From the NCBI GenBank assembly GCA_030704615.1, contig CM060733.1, forward strand, positions 12,152,001 through 12,216,000: a DNA stretch of 64,000 nt. Direction: 5' to 3'. Below, piece by piece: positions 52,278 through 64,000 of the stretch (position 1 is its first letter; each line of letters starts with the position of its first letter). The translations under genes and the position numbers were made by a program. The notes under the pieces were generated by a model that was not told the DNA's origin, did no database searches, and saw only the letters and a list, made by a program, of their open reading frames with translations. This DNA comes from Takakia lepidozioides. Its lineage: Eukaryota; Plantae; Bryophyta.

Positions 52278-52776
52278 ACCTCCTCCCTCTCCCAGCGCTG
52301 TTCGTTGTTTGTCTCTCTTCCACACCTCACCACACCCCCTAATAAATCCCACTCCTTAATCCTACTCCCCATGCTTAAACCCTCAAGAGGCAAAAAGAAT
52401 ATACCTGGGTCCGGTATACCCTGGTGGGTAACTGCCCAAACCCTATCATACATACCAGACTGGTATCATTTTGTCTGGCTTGGGCTGGGGCTTCTCAGGA
52501 TTCCTTCAAAGCAAAAGCTTCTTGATAAAAAGAAAAATCTTTTTCACATTCCGAGGCTCCCGAGATGAGTGTGGGTTTGCCAAGGTGACATTTGAGAGAG
52601 AGAGAGAGAGATTGATTGATTGTAGGGATTAATTAGACTGCTTGCCATAGGACTGCATTCCGTATCCTAGTATTGTTTCATCAATTGTCCTTTACGACAC
52701 CAGAAAGAGGGTCACCTTGGCAAAAGCTTGCATGTGGGTGCACGGATTGTGGTCTTGAGAGTGCACCTATGCAGTG

Positions 52777-54613
52777 ATGGAGGCAATGAAAGCTGGGTGT
52801 GGTGTGGTCAGCAGTCACGCCCTCTCTGCGCGTTTATCCTCGCCCTCACTTCGGGTATTCTATGTTTTCAATCGGAGGTTGTGGAGTTCAGCATAACATC
52901 TATAGTACGGTTTAGGAGCGGATTCAGTCAGGATTTCAGGGCGAAGACTCCCACTGCTTGCATAAAAATGATGTTGTCAAACTTCGGACTTTTTTCGGAT
53001 TGTTGCTCCTTCCTCTTTTCTGAAGAAGCAAAAGTGATAGACTCAGTGGTTAAGGCGGGGAGGAAGTTCTAGAACTAATTGTGCTTACATGCGTGAAGTA
53101 CCTGCAGCTGTAGTTACTCTGGTTACAATATGTAATTGATAAAGATGATCCATTCATATACAACTGTAGGTGCAGGTCCACGCAAAAGGGGTGAGGAATT
53201 GGCGGGCACTATTAGCCCCGGTCCTAGTCGCAAAGCGCTATGCTCTTCTCGGAGCAGCATTGGAGCACTCATCTTGTGGTCGAGAAAGAAAGTATATATT
53301 GAAAGCTTCCGTGAAGTTGTACGCCTTGGGTGACAACATGCAACCTGCTTTTTCCTCCAATTCTGAAGGAGACAGTAAGGTATTCATTAATTCTTTTGTG
53401 AAAAGTCGTCAACTTTTGGCAATTTCATTGTTATGAAGGTGACTGAATCTTGTGATTTGGATCCTGGTAGGAATGCCCGAGTGGTGGTGATCTACACCAA
53501 ACCAGTGATCCTGCTTCCCAGCAAAGAGGTACACTGCAAGTGTGCATCATTAATGCTCACAGACTGTCGGCATGAATTATGACTTTTGCCTGAAGGTATG
53601 TTTCATCCGTCTTTTGAAGGTACAGGGATGTGAAAGTGGGGAACCCTGAGATGGTTGTGTTTGTACTTGGACAGGTGGGATATGGCAATGGTGGAGAGAA
53701 GGCATGGCAAAGAAGGTGGCTCAAAGAGAAGAGTAAATGTCTTTTGAGACGTCCATGTCTGTGTCTACAGTACCCTTGTACTTCATCTCTTCTTCCTCCC
53801 TCCCTGCCTATGCAGTCTATCAACAATATATCTCTAGAATTTGTTATTATTTATAATATTCTCCATGTGTTCTCAGACTGAGCACAAGGCTAGGTTGGAT
53901 TGTCTAGGGTCTGCAAGCCTATAAGAGAGCATTACACATGTAGAACTGATGAACTCCAGGTCATAACTTCACTAGGATTGGATATGCCTGCTTTTATTGC
54001 TTGAGCAGCAGATTGTAATTCCAATCTCTCCTCACATGATGGGCTACTACTTGGCAGGCTTACAAACCAGCTAACACAGTATGGACTAGCGGGAGTACTA
54101 TCATATGGGCTCCTCAACACAGTCTACTATCTCGTGGCCTTTTTATTTGTTTGGTACATGAACTAATACGGACTTTCATTGCTCTCTGTTGCAAAGGATT
54201 GTATTTGGTCTCACATCTGTTAGAAAGACCCGTGAGATTGAGTTGGGGACCAATCTACTTTCATGCACAAGGTTTAGTGGGCTTTGCTCAATATGGATGC
54301 AACATTGTAATTTCTCATGCCACGTAAAGCCTGTGGATTCTGGATTTGAACAATTTTGCAACACCTGTATTTCAACTTCACGTCTAAAAATTGTCTTGAC
54401 AGTCGGTGGTCTTGCATTTCAACTCCTGAACTATTATGATATTTTTTCCAGTTAATTCATTGGCATATTTGTCTCTACAGTGTATTTGCTAATCACTACG
54501 TTCATAAGTTAAATGGACCCCCTTATGACTTCAGGCTCATTTTTGCAGGGTTTATGGCCAGTCATAGCACAGCACATGATGAACATTCTCATCATGTTCT
54601 GTATCATGATTAG
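52777..54613 (+). CDS. Putative small spliced gene (~125 aa) of unknown function, divergent from the IGR gene
   Basis: Five phase-compatible GT-AG exons (52777-52854, ~53176-53291, ~53471-53528, ~53674-53731, 54549-54613); Ser/Arg-rich N-terminus; His-rich end; no recognised domain. Confidence 0.4.
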
Positions 54614-57371
54614 AGCGGGTAAATATTGTGACATGTCGAACTGAGTTTAAGGCTCAACTCACCCTCCTAATTGGGAAACCACAGAAAAATTGACTCTGCG
54701 TGCTATCCGAACAGGTTCTATGTAGCGCCTTCACCAGGTGGTCTTGGTTTTGCTCCAGCTGCTGAAAGGTAATTTTTTCTACATGGTGGAAATGTAGTGA
54801 TGTAGTCCACAAGTAGACTTGGGAGTCACTTTGCTTTTGTTGCTAAACTTATTGTAACATACACGAAGCTTACAGGTTTACAGTCTATATTGGTCTCCAT
54901 CTATGTGCATTTCTGTCATGTCTTCTACCCTTTGTCCCTCGTCTACCTCTGCCTCTCCCAGCCTCTATAGTGTGACATTGAGTGCATTTGCAGCCACGTG
55001 TATCACATTGGTGCTAAGGTAAAGGAGTCAAATAGCTGTGCTAGAGTTAGCATTCTGCTACATAGGAGGATGGAATTGCCAGCCGTTACATAAACATTCA
55101 ACAACCCCTAGCAGCGCCTCCTTGCTTGTGAGTTGTGAGCACCTCTGAAACAAATTTGTGCTCTGGTATAAACTGGTGGGTCGAACAGCTGGCTCCTGGA
55201 GCGTCCTCAACGGTGTGGCATAGCCAATGTTGACAAAGGAATGGGTGCATGGCTCACATGGTGGGGTGTGGTGTGTTGTTGTAAAGGCAGGTTTGTGAAA
55301 GTGTTTGCAATGGTGTGGGCGGGTAGCCAGGTCACAAAGCTGCCGCGGGCTGGTGGGTATGGCTCGATTGCTGCTCTCATCTTCGTTTATGTCTTGGAAC
55401 AGACTGCTAGTTGCTGCATCTTTGAGCGCAAATCAGAGATTTGTTTTTGTGCCTTTGAAAGCATTGAAGTGCCAAATGTTTGACTTATCAGAAGAATGCA
55501 GTGCAGGCTCTCAAAGGTCTAGTTAATATGCATGCCTGTCCTGCTGCATCAAAACAGATAAGTGATCAGTATGCGAAGTGAGCAGTTTGAGCTGTCTGTA
55601 AAATCAATTTGAATAAGTACCCGCAACTTGCTTATGTCAGTTGTGTTCGCTTCTTTCTATGGACATTTGCAGAGCATTGGCCTTAGCTCCGTTGGTGGAC
55701 AAAGGGTTGACGTTGTTCACAGTTCATTTTAATTTCAAATCACGACGCCAGGTACACTCATGTTTCCACTTGAAAGATTGTTGCAAGTCCTTCTGCCAAC
55801 CTATTCTGCGAGGGGTGTGGAGCATGTTGTGTGTATTTGGAGGGAGGGAGTGAAAGAGGGAAGGGAAAGGCAACAGGGGAGGGTATCCACGAGATTTATT
55901 GGCTTATCTTTACAGGAGGAGTTTGATCCTGTTCTACCTTTCCCTCCTTGGTTGAACTTGATGGAAAATAATGGATGAAAAAGTGACCAGGGAAGACTGA
56001 AATTTTATAAGGTGGCGTAAGTGCTTTTTTTTTTTTTAGTGTTTCAATTGATTATGGATGAAAGTAGATCTCTCTATTCATGAAAGCAGAAGCCATTCCG
56101 ACTAGCTGCTTGTTTCCTATTGCCTTGTGGCCTTGTTGGTGTATGCTCACACTAAGGCGTTGACTTTGTATAAGCTATCTGGACATCATCCTAGCTAACT
56201 GTGGAGGAACAAAATGTTTGACAATATCGTGCCTTCTGTGTCCTTTCCAGGCTTTTGGATCCATAGTGGCAGCCTGCTTTCTATTGGCCGCTCTGGTGTT
56301 TCTTGTTATTTCTACTCTCTGGGCATGAGGGCTCCTTGCAAGTCTATTATCTTCATGAAATTTTGTGCTCACAGCCTCCATGGTGTGTATCCACCATGAA
56401 GAAGCTACAGTGAATTTATGGTACGAGGATAGTGGCACTGAGGCTATTGTCCAGAGGAAGGGTTGTCTGCTGTCTGACACTCTTGAAACTTGATAGCTCA
56501 TCACGACTTCGCATCTGCAGGAGTTTTTATAGTGGTTGTTATGTATGGTTATTGCTGTATATTGTGACGGTGGTAGATGGACATGGGTGGTCCCCTAGGT
56601 TGCTGATGATGGCTACTCTGTAAGTTCATGAGGTGCAGCACCCTTACACTCACATATCAATGGTTTTGGTCACATTTACGCATGTCACTGGGGAACATGG
56701 GTGTCTTTCATTTTGGGAGCTGAATTCACTTCAACTCATCCTCCCAACCAGTTGTGAGATTGCCCTTGGCTGTGGACCAATAGCTGTATAATTTCAAGGT
56801 TCAGTCAAGAAAACCTGAGACATGGCCCTTGTCCACCTTGTACACTCATTACCGCCAGGCCACCAAAAATCACCAAAAATCACCAAATATTTCACCGGCT
56901 AATAATGAGGGGGCCAAAGGACAAATGCTTTTTCTTAGCAACAGGTATAACTCTATAAGACTTGCCTCTGCAAATTTTACAGGGAAGAAAATCAAAATGG
57001 AGCAAAATAACACTTGTAGAGGTAACATTCATCCAGATTTGACTACACTTCACAAACAAGCAAGCAACAACTGCCTCCACTAAAAAGCACATCAGAGAAC
57101 TTTGCAACTTCCATCTTCATTCAGTACTAACCGAACAGTTTTCAATGTCCTTGATTTGAATTTAGTTTATACACAAGGTACAGCTAATATGTGGGTCCAT
57201 ACTACTAGGCTTAATCCTCCAACTCTTAGATAGCTCCTTCAGGATTTTTCAATAGACCTGTACACTTGTATCAATGGGAGGAGTAGCTAATGGTAATGTA
57301 CAAAATCTCCACAAATTTGGCCAACAGGAGGAGGCACTTGCAATCTGCAACATGTTAATAGTAGAAAAATT

Positions 57372-60300
57372 TCAAATGAGGACAAAGGTAGCCACAGTGG
57401 GATCCCCATCTGCTGTTAATTGCTGGTCATACTGGGGTTCCTCCCAGCTTGTGCAATTCAAGGCAGGTGAACTAAATACATAGCCGGCCCCTGGATCTCT
57501 GTCCCGAGGACCCTTCCATGGGCCATGGAGCTTCACATACCCATCCACAAGGCCGGAAGCAACTGTGGTGTTGTAGGCAGCAGTCAAAGGTGCCATGTTA
57601 AAATCACCCGCCAATACCAGCGGCATGTCCACGTCTATTTTGTGCACCATGTCCATAGCTTGGAGCAGGATGTCAGAGCTTGTCACTCCAAAATGTGTGT
57701 TCACCAAATGCACTTTGGCACGCCCCCACTGCAGCACAGCCTGCTGAAAGCAAGCATTCTCCCCATGAGGAGATGGCAGCACCCCTGCATTGCCATGTGC
57801 TAGAAACTCTGTAGACAGCATGGCACAACCCCATGTGTCCCCCTTGGTGGCTGGTGAATACCAGCTGTACAGCTTAAGCCTCGTTGCCCAACAGTCAATC
57901 TGCTCCATCACCGTGGAAATTGACGATGTCAGAGCATTGGGATCACATGGGTGTCTGGTCATTACATTTCTTGTAACATAGTAAAAGGTGTACATAATCA
58001 CACCTAGGACTTGATGCCTGTCAAAAAACGTGGGGGAGTGCATTCGTTTATGACCTGTGCAGTTGGTCACTTCTATGAGATTTAGCTCTGGACTAGACTG
58101 CAACAACGCAAATCAACGGCATCTAAGTGAAGAGGAATATACCAGGTCCAGATTTCCATGCACGATGTGCATTGTGTCCGTCTCTTGCAGCCTGCCAGAC
58201 ATCCGAACCATTTGCATTGCACGTTATTACACCTGCCTCAAGCTCAATCTACATGGTCAAACCCTTTGTTTCACAGCAGAGGGTCCTATGTGCCCTAGAG
58301 ACCAACGCCACCTCAAAAGACTCTGCGAAAAACTGGAAAAACTTAGGGAGAAGGGACAGAATTTTCTGAGACCCAAAGATGCAGGAAACAGGAACTAGGC
58401 TAGCTGATAGCTTTACAAAAAGAATTGGAGCCTGACATAATGACATGTGGTTGTTCCGCATCAAGCATGGCAAGAATAGTATCGTAGTTAACACTGCCAG
58501 CCCTGCTGAAGCCTTGCTGTATGTTGAAGTTCAGCACCCTCAGAGATGCACTGGTGCTGTTGTTCCATGCAGGACCAGGCTGGAGGCGCATGATCATGCC
58601 AACAGCCAAAAAGATGCCAACCACTGCCATCAACACACCCAGTGTCTGTCCCCATCCACCCGAACCGTAAACCTCAATGAAAACACAGGTATTTCAAGTC
58701 TTGTTTAGGTCACAACCTCAGCCAATACTTCTTCAAAATAACCCTGAGGAAAGGTACGTCTATATGATGCATATATGAATGCCTCACACAGCTTTCACCT
58801 CTCATTATTTGCTCCAAAATCTGCATATTAGAAAGGTCCCAAGCCATTCCTTCTCTGGTAAGTGAAGGGACACACATTAACATGGAAAGAAAATGAGAGG
58901 AAAGTACCCGCCGTCCAGGGATACCACTACCCCATGTCAGTCTTGCAATCCCCAGTCTTGCACCAGATGCCCAACGCTCAATGCTGTGGAGTTCAGGACC
59001 TCTACATACTCCAAGTCCAATGCCCCCTACTGCACAGCCCAGCAATACACCTCTTGTTCCACGCACAAGATTACCACCAGGCATGAACTCATATGCAACC
59101 AACGCTGTGCTCCAGACCACCAAAAGGACATACACCAGTGCACTCAATCCTAATCCAACTCCAGGATACACTCCTACCATGTTTCGTGCCATCATGACCC
59201 ACATTGATGGCAGCATCAAAACTAGCAATGTGGCCCCTAACACAGCCCATGGCATTCGCCACATCATCAACAGGGCTCCCACCATAGCAATCAACCACAC
59301 CAGTACTCCGTGCATCCGCTTCAGCCACAGGCAGCGTGCTGCCTCTGCAGCAACCACCATGCCCAGCCCCAGCGCAACCATTGCAAGGGGTGCAGCCCAT
59401 ATCACTGAGACACCCAGCCAACGGGCCACTGTTGTAGGGGCTGTGGCAAGCCAGTGCGTCAGGAACCAGAGGCATCCAGACCCCACACTCATCTGCAATG
59501 TGCGCATGCACACGCGGGTGTTATAACGCCAGCCGCGCTGGCGGTAGACTTCCAGGTCACTTTCCGAGCCATCTGCACCAGGCTGGACCCATGGAACCTC
59601 TTCACCCTCACCCCACTGCCTGCCACTTCCCAGCTCTAGCGAGGCATCTCCCCCCTGCGGAGGTGTGCCCACAGGTTGCTGGTGTCCACCAAACCCACCT
59701 GCACCATTTATCAGATCCCGCAATCCCCCTCTGTCTGTGTTCATTTCCATCAAGTTTGGTTGCTTCTCTAGTTGGTCCTGTTTAATGGGTACCGTGACTT
59801 CCTTCAACGCACTCCCATTGCCTTCCAAACCATGAAGGCCATTCTGAATCCCCACATAGCCCCGGGTCTCATAAGCAGAGCAGCCTTGTCGCATCCTCAC
59901 AGAAAGCGGTGTCATGCCAGAACCATCATCACAGTCATCCTCAGAGCCAGAGGGCGTCTGCTCAGGGTGCCAGTCATCCAAAGGTGCCAGATCCTCTGTG
60001 AGAAGTAGCAGTGCAATCACTACACCAGGGATCAAGCCCACCAGCAGAAACCCCCACCACCTTGCCACAAGGGGGTTTGGGCCAGCATGAGCCCATCGCA
60101 GAACCTGGAATAATATTCTATAAATTGTGAGGACATCCAGAGAGAGAAAAGTAGGGAGGAGAGAGGGAGCAACATCACACTTGTCTCTGCTTAGGCAACA
60201 TATCAAAAGGCGGCATGAAAATGAGAAGCTTCAGATCACATAGTGGTTGTAGGGAATAACCATACTGACAGCAGACTCCATAAAATGTACTCTGCTGTGT

Positions 60301-61353
60301 GGGGTTGAATATCATACCCAGCACAAACATATCTAGCTAAACTGCGCACAACAGACATCTCATCAAATCCAGCGAACATATGGAAATCGACTCAATCTAC
60401 ATCATGAAGTCCCTGAAGACATACAAAATGTCAAAAAGGCATTTTTGCCACCAATTCCCACCCAATCCGAAAACTCAAAACAATCTCGTGTAGCTAAGAC
60501 ACCATCTCCACCACTGGTCCTCTCGAGTTCATGTCTGGGCATAGTCATACCAAAGACTTGACTCGCACGTTCCTCCGAATTTCCTACTGCCTATGCTCTC
60601 CACCCGCACCTAAAGTTCCTCAAAGACCTCACCTGCAAAAGCAGAACGCCTCCCACAACGCCAAATGCAGCCCTCCTCCTTCGTGCAGCGGTGGCAGCCC
60701 ACAGGCCATCATTGACATAGATCCCAAGGATGCCCGTGGCTGTTGCAGAAAATGCTAGACGAGTGAGAGCGGAAGACAGGAACTGGCCCCAGATGCCAAC
60801 CAGGCCACACAGCAGCAACAGCGCCCGCGACCACGCGTGCCCCTGCAAGTAGGACCGCAGGAAGGGGTGTGCCAGCACTAGTGCGGACGTAAACAGATAC
60901 ACCATAAACCCCGCCTCTGTTGCTATCCCTGCTTTTTCTAACTGGAACCAATACACATTGCGTACGAACTCCACCAGGGCTGTCCAGTATATCAGAGCCA
61001 CATAGGCCTCTCCCCATAGCTGCGCTGACGGCTGTAATGCTGCTACCCATTTCCATTTCCTCCATGTTCTTGTCTGCCACTTGACCCTGCATTAGGCTAC
61101 ACATGCCTTTGTTTAAGCAAGCATATCTTGCTCTCAGAGAATCACATCGACACACAAGACAATGTGCATACATAGAAACAGAAATGCGCATAAAGAGGCA
61201 CCTTGACAGAATGGGAGAGCGGGCGGGTTGCAACAAGGAAGCTGCGCGAGTCCAGGCATCATTTCCTTGCGAGCAGCAATCTGGAGTCCCATGGTGCCCA
61301 TCTCCGTCTTCGTGCAATTCCGAACCCTGCCAACCTGTATGAAGCGCAGTCAT
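57372..61353 (-). CDS. CWH43/PGAP2-interacting-protein-like multipass membrane protein with C-terminal endonuclease/exonuclease/phosphatase domain
   Basis: Many TM segments; LRVLNFNIQQGF; HVIMLQETD..HGNLDL; YSPATKGDTWGCAMLS; VHLVNTHFG; PLVLAGDFN. Confidence 0.75.
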
Positions 61354-61820
61354 CACTTCCCTGTTCCCAGATCACAAGCTCATCACTTTACGGATCAGAC
61401 AGATCGGTCCCGCGCCTGGATCATCAGCTGAGCAGCGTGGGTTGAAGCTCTGCCCGATCACTGCATTCACTGTGTGAATTCTTCGTCCTACCCGCTTCTC
61501 ACTTATGACTTGTCGCACGGACAAGCAGCAGGCTACGGGGTATATTATATACTGGTATATACTGTACCAGTATATACCAGTATGAACTAGACTACCGTAC
61601 TTACCTAGCTTATTAGGCAATAATTAATTTAAAATCAAATGCCTGATTAAATTTAGAACATTTTTGGAAAATGTGCCTAAAACTTGGAAAAAATTACGCA
61701 GAAGGGCCTAATTGCTCGAAAATTGTGAAAAAAAACCAAAATGTCCAATTATGTAGATAAAATGTCTAAATTGTATTGTTTAAAGTCCAAAAAATGGCAA
61801 AAATTGCATACAATTTAAAA

Positions 61821-62706
61821 GCTGCAGTAGTTCTTAATCTTGACGATCCGGATGTGTGGGCACGTGCATGTGGTCAGCGCGCGGAGTTGTTCAAGAAAAT
61901 CATGTCCATGGCTTTCGAGAACATTGCCATTGCACAACATCGTGATACGTTGAGGTATGCTACCATACGTGGTGGGGGCTATCGTCCTGTAGTTTGGAAA
62001 TTTTACCCTGGTGACTATGTTTATCTACAGCAGACTGCTCCAACGACCCTAGATGTGACTGCATGACGTGTTATTTTGAGGGTTCGAAAGGTATTGCCCT
62101 CAAACGTCCTGATCTTGGAGGGTCGGATGGCATGACTTGGAAGGACCATGTGCGTAATTGTGCGCCATGTCACCTTCCGAATGTCGATGGCAGGATTGAC
62201 CCAAACCTGACAGTGGTACTTGCAAGTTTGAGGTGCATGTTGTGTGGGTCTGCTAGAGGGGCAGCCATCATGATGGTGTGTGATCGATGCTCTAGAGATT
62301 GACATATGGGATGCTTGACTCTACCTCTTCAGATGGTTCCTGATGGGGATTGGTTATGTCCGCATTGCATTGGATAGTGGGAGTGGATACAACCATGGAA
62401 GGCTAACAAAAAATGCAAGGTCAAGCTACTAGGAGACCAATACACGAGATCTTCGCTCAAGTTCACAGATTGCAAGACGGCGACTAACGATGGGGCTACT
62501 CTTGTACCCGGCCTCTTGGTCTATAGAGTTTGAGTACAATAGGGACCGTGATAGAGGACTTAGTACGGCTGTGGCTATTACATCTTGTAGCTATCTAGAG
62601 TTAGAGGGACCTAACCATCAGCTAGGGGGGCGATTGTGGCAGACTACTATGTGTGGTGTGGTTTGGACAGCGATGTAGTTGTGTAGCGATACGTATGTGC
62701 ACGACA
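61821..62706 (+). mobile_element. 5'-truncated second copy of the PHD-Gypsy family (integrase C-terminus, PHD, 3' UTR, PPT, LTR start)
   Basis: Near-identical to ~13094-13914; LTR TG at 62635. Confidence 0.93.
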
Positions 62707-63149
62707 GCTGTCAAGTTAAATAAACACAGTGTGAAACTAACTAGAATAAATCTAGTTATTTGTATTTAACATTTAGAATTAGTTCAAGTGTTAAGTCAGG
62801 TGTCAAGTTTAGCTTGACACTTAAATCATCTTATCTTCACGAGCTCGTCAGTCGTGCGGCTCATCTCTCTCGAGTTGAGCCTGCACGACTGAGCTCCATC
62901 GTTGCTTAACATCTGAGTGTACTTATGGAGGGAGAGTAGGATGTTGTGAGGTGGAGTCCCCATAGCTTGGGGTGCCCCTGGCTCGACACTTATTTTAAAG
63001 AGTGATTGTGTTGTATTTCGTGTTTTTGTGTCAACAAACAGCGTGAGTTTAGTTTTCATATTATTGTGGTAGACTACTTTATTGTGCATATATGTGTGGT
63101 GTGGTTTGGACAGCGATATAGTTGTGTAGCGATACGTATGCGCACGATA

Positions 63150-64000
63150 CGGGACTTGAGGATGGGGGTTAAATCACAGTTCCACTTGTACAATGGACTG
63201 CTCCGGTACAAGCAAAAGCGCCTCTACGTGCCGAAGGGATGGATCAGAGAGATTCTCTTGAGAGAATGTCACGATGGCCCGCTTTCGGGCCACAGTGGAG
63301 CCAAACGCACCGCAACACTCTTGAAGAAAAAATATTTCTGGCCCAAACTGAGGGAGGAGGCCGAGAAGTATGTCAAGACATACACCACATACCAACAAAA
63401 CCGGAGCGAGTACAAAAAACAAGCGGGGCTGTTACAACCCTTGCCGATTCCAGATGGGTCTTGATGTGTCTCGGGAAAGTGTCTCGATGGATTTCATAAC
63501 TGCTATGCCGCTGTCAAAAGGATTCGATGCAATCATGGAGGTGGTGGATAGGTTCAGTAAAATGGGTCATTTCATTCCCACCAAAGAGACGGCAACGGCG
63601 CAGGAGACGAGGCGACTTTACTTCGCCCACGTCTTCAAGCATCATGGACTCCCGAAGGATATTGTCTCGGACCACAATCCAAAGTTTACAAGTAAATTTT
63701 GGAAGGCACTTTGGAAGAAAATGGGGACGAGGCTGAAGATGAGCACCGCCTTCCGACCTACGACGGACGGCCAAACCGAAAAAGTCAATTTTTTTGGTGA
63801 AGCAGATCTTGCGGAATTATGTGTCGGTAGACCAATCAGACTGGGTGGAGCACTTAGATGCGGCAGAGTTCTGTTATAATAACACAAAATACTCCGCAGC
63901 AAGAGTTTCCCCTTTTGTATTGGTCTATGGAAAAGCACCTCTGGTGCCGACAAGTTGGGCCGCCCAGGACATTGCGGAACCGGCAGCAGCGGCGGTGCCG
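63150..64000 (+). mobile_element. Degenerate chromovirus-like Ty3/Gypsy integrase fragment (different family), runs off the window
   Basis: HDGPLSGHSG..YFWP..AGLLQPLPIP; SVSMDFIT; VVDRFSKMGHFIP; PKDIVSD; MSTAFRPTTDGQTE. Confidence 0.88.

Noticed and set aside
58710-60206. Stand-alone 498-aa ORF
   Set aside because: It is a large internal exon of the CWH43-like gene with read-through into introns

Overview
Eukaryotic nuclear DNA with spliced genes, most likely from a seed-free land plant (PLS/DYW PPR sequence plus the cilium gene IQUB; this is inference). The first ~19.8 kb is one decayed PLS-E-DYW PPR RNA-editing gene split by two CACTA insertions: an 847-bp non-autonomous element (TSD ATC) and a 16.2-kb element (3235-19455, TSD GAG). 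The large element contains a decayed Ty3/Gypsy retrotransposon with domain order Gag(2 zinc knuckles)-protease-C5 DNA METHYLTRANSFERASE-RT-RNaseH-integrase-PHD finger, plus scrambled inverted copies of the PPR gene's own 5' part. From 22 to 61 kb are host genes: YIF1, IQUB, a conserved plant protein of unknown function, POLD2, a mitochondrial IGR/SAM-fold protein, a possible small orphan gene and a CWH43/PGAP2IP-like gene. This stretch also holds SINE/LINE/MITE remnants, a TFIIS-type zinc-ribbon ORF inside an intron, and a CpG-rich cluster of hairpins at ~38.2-39.8 kb. The window ends with a truncated second copy of the PHD-Gypsy family and a chromovirus-like integrase fragment. Exon boundaries were read by eye and are approximate.
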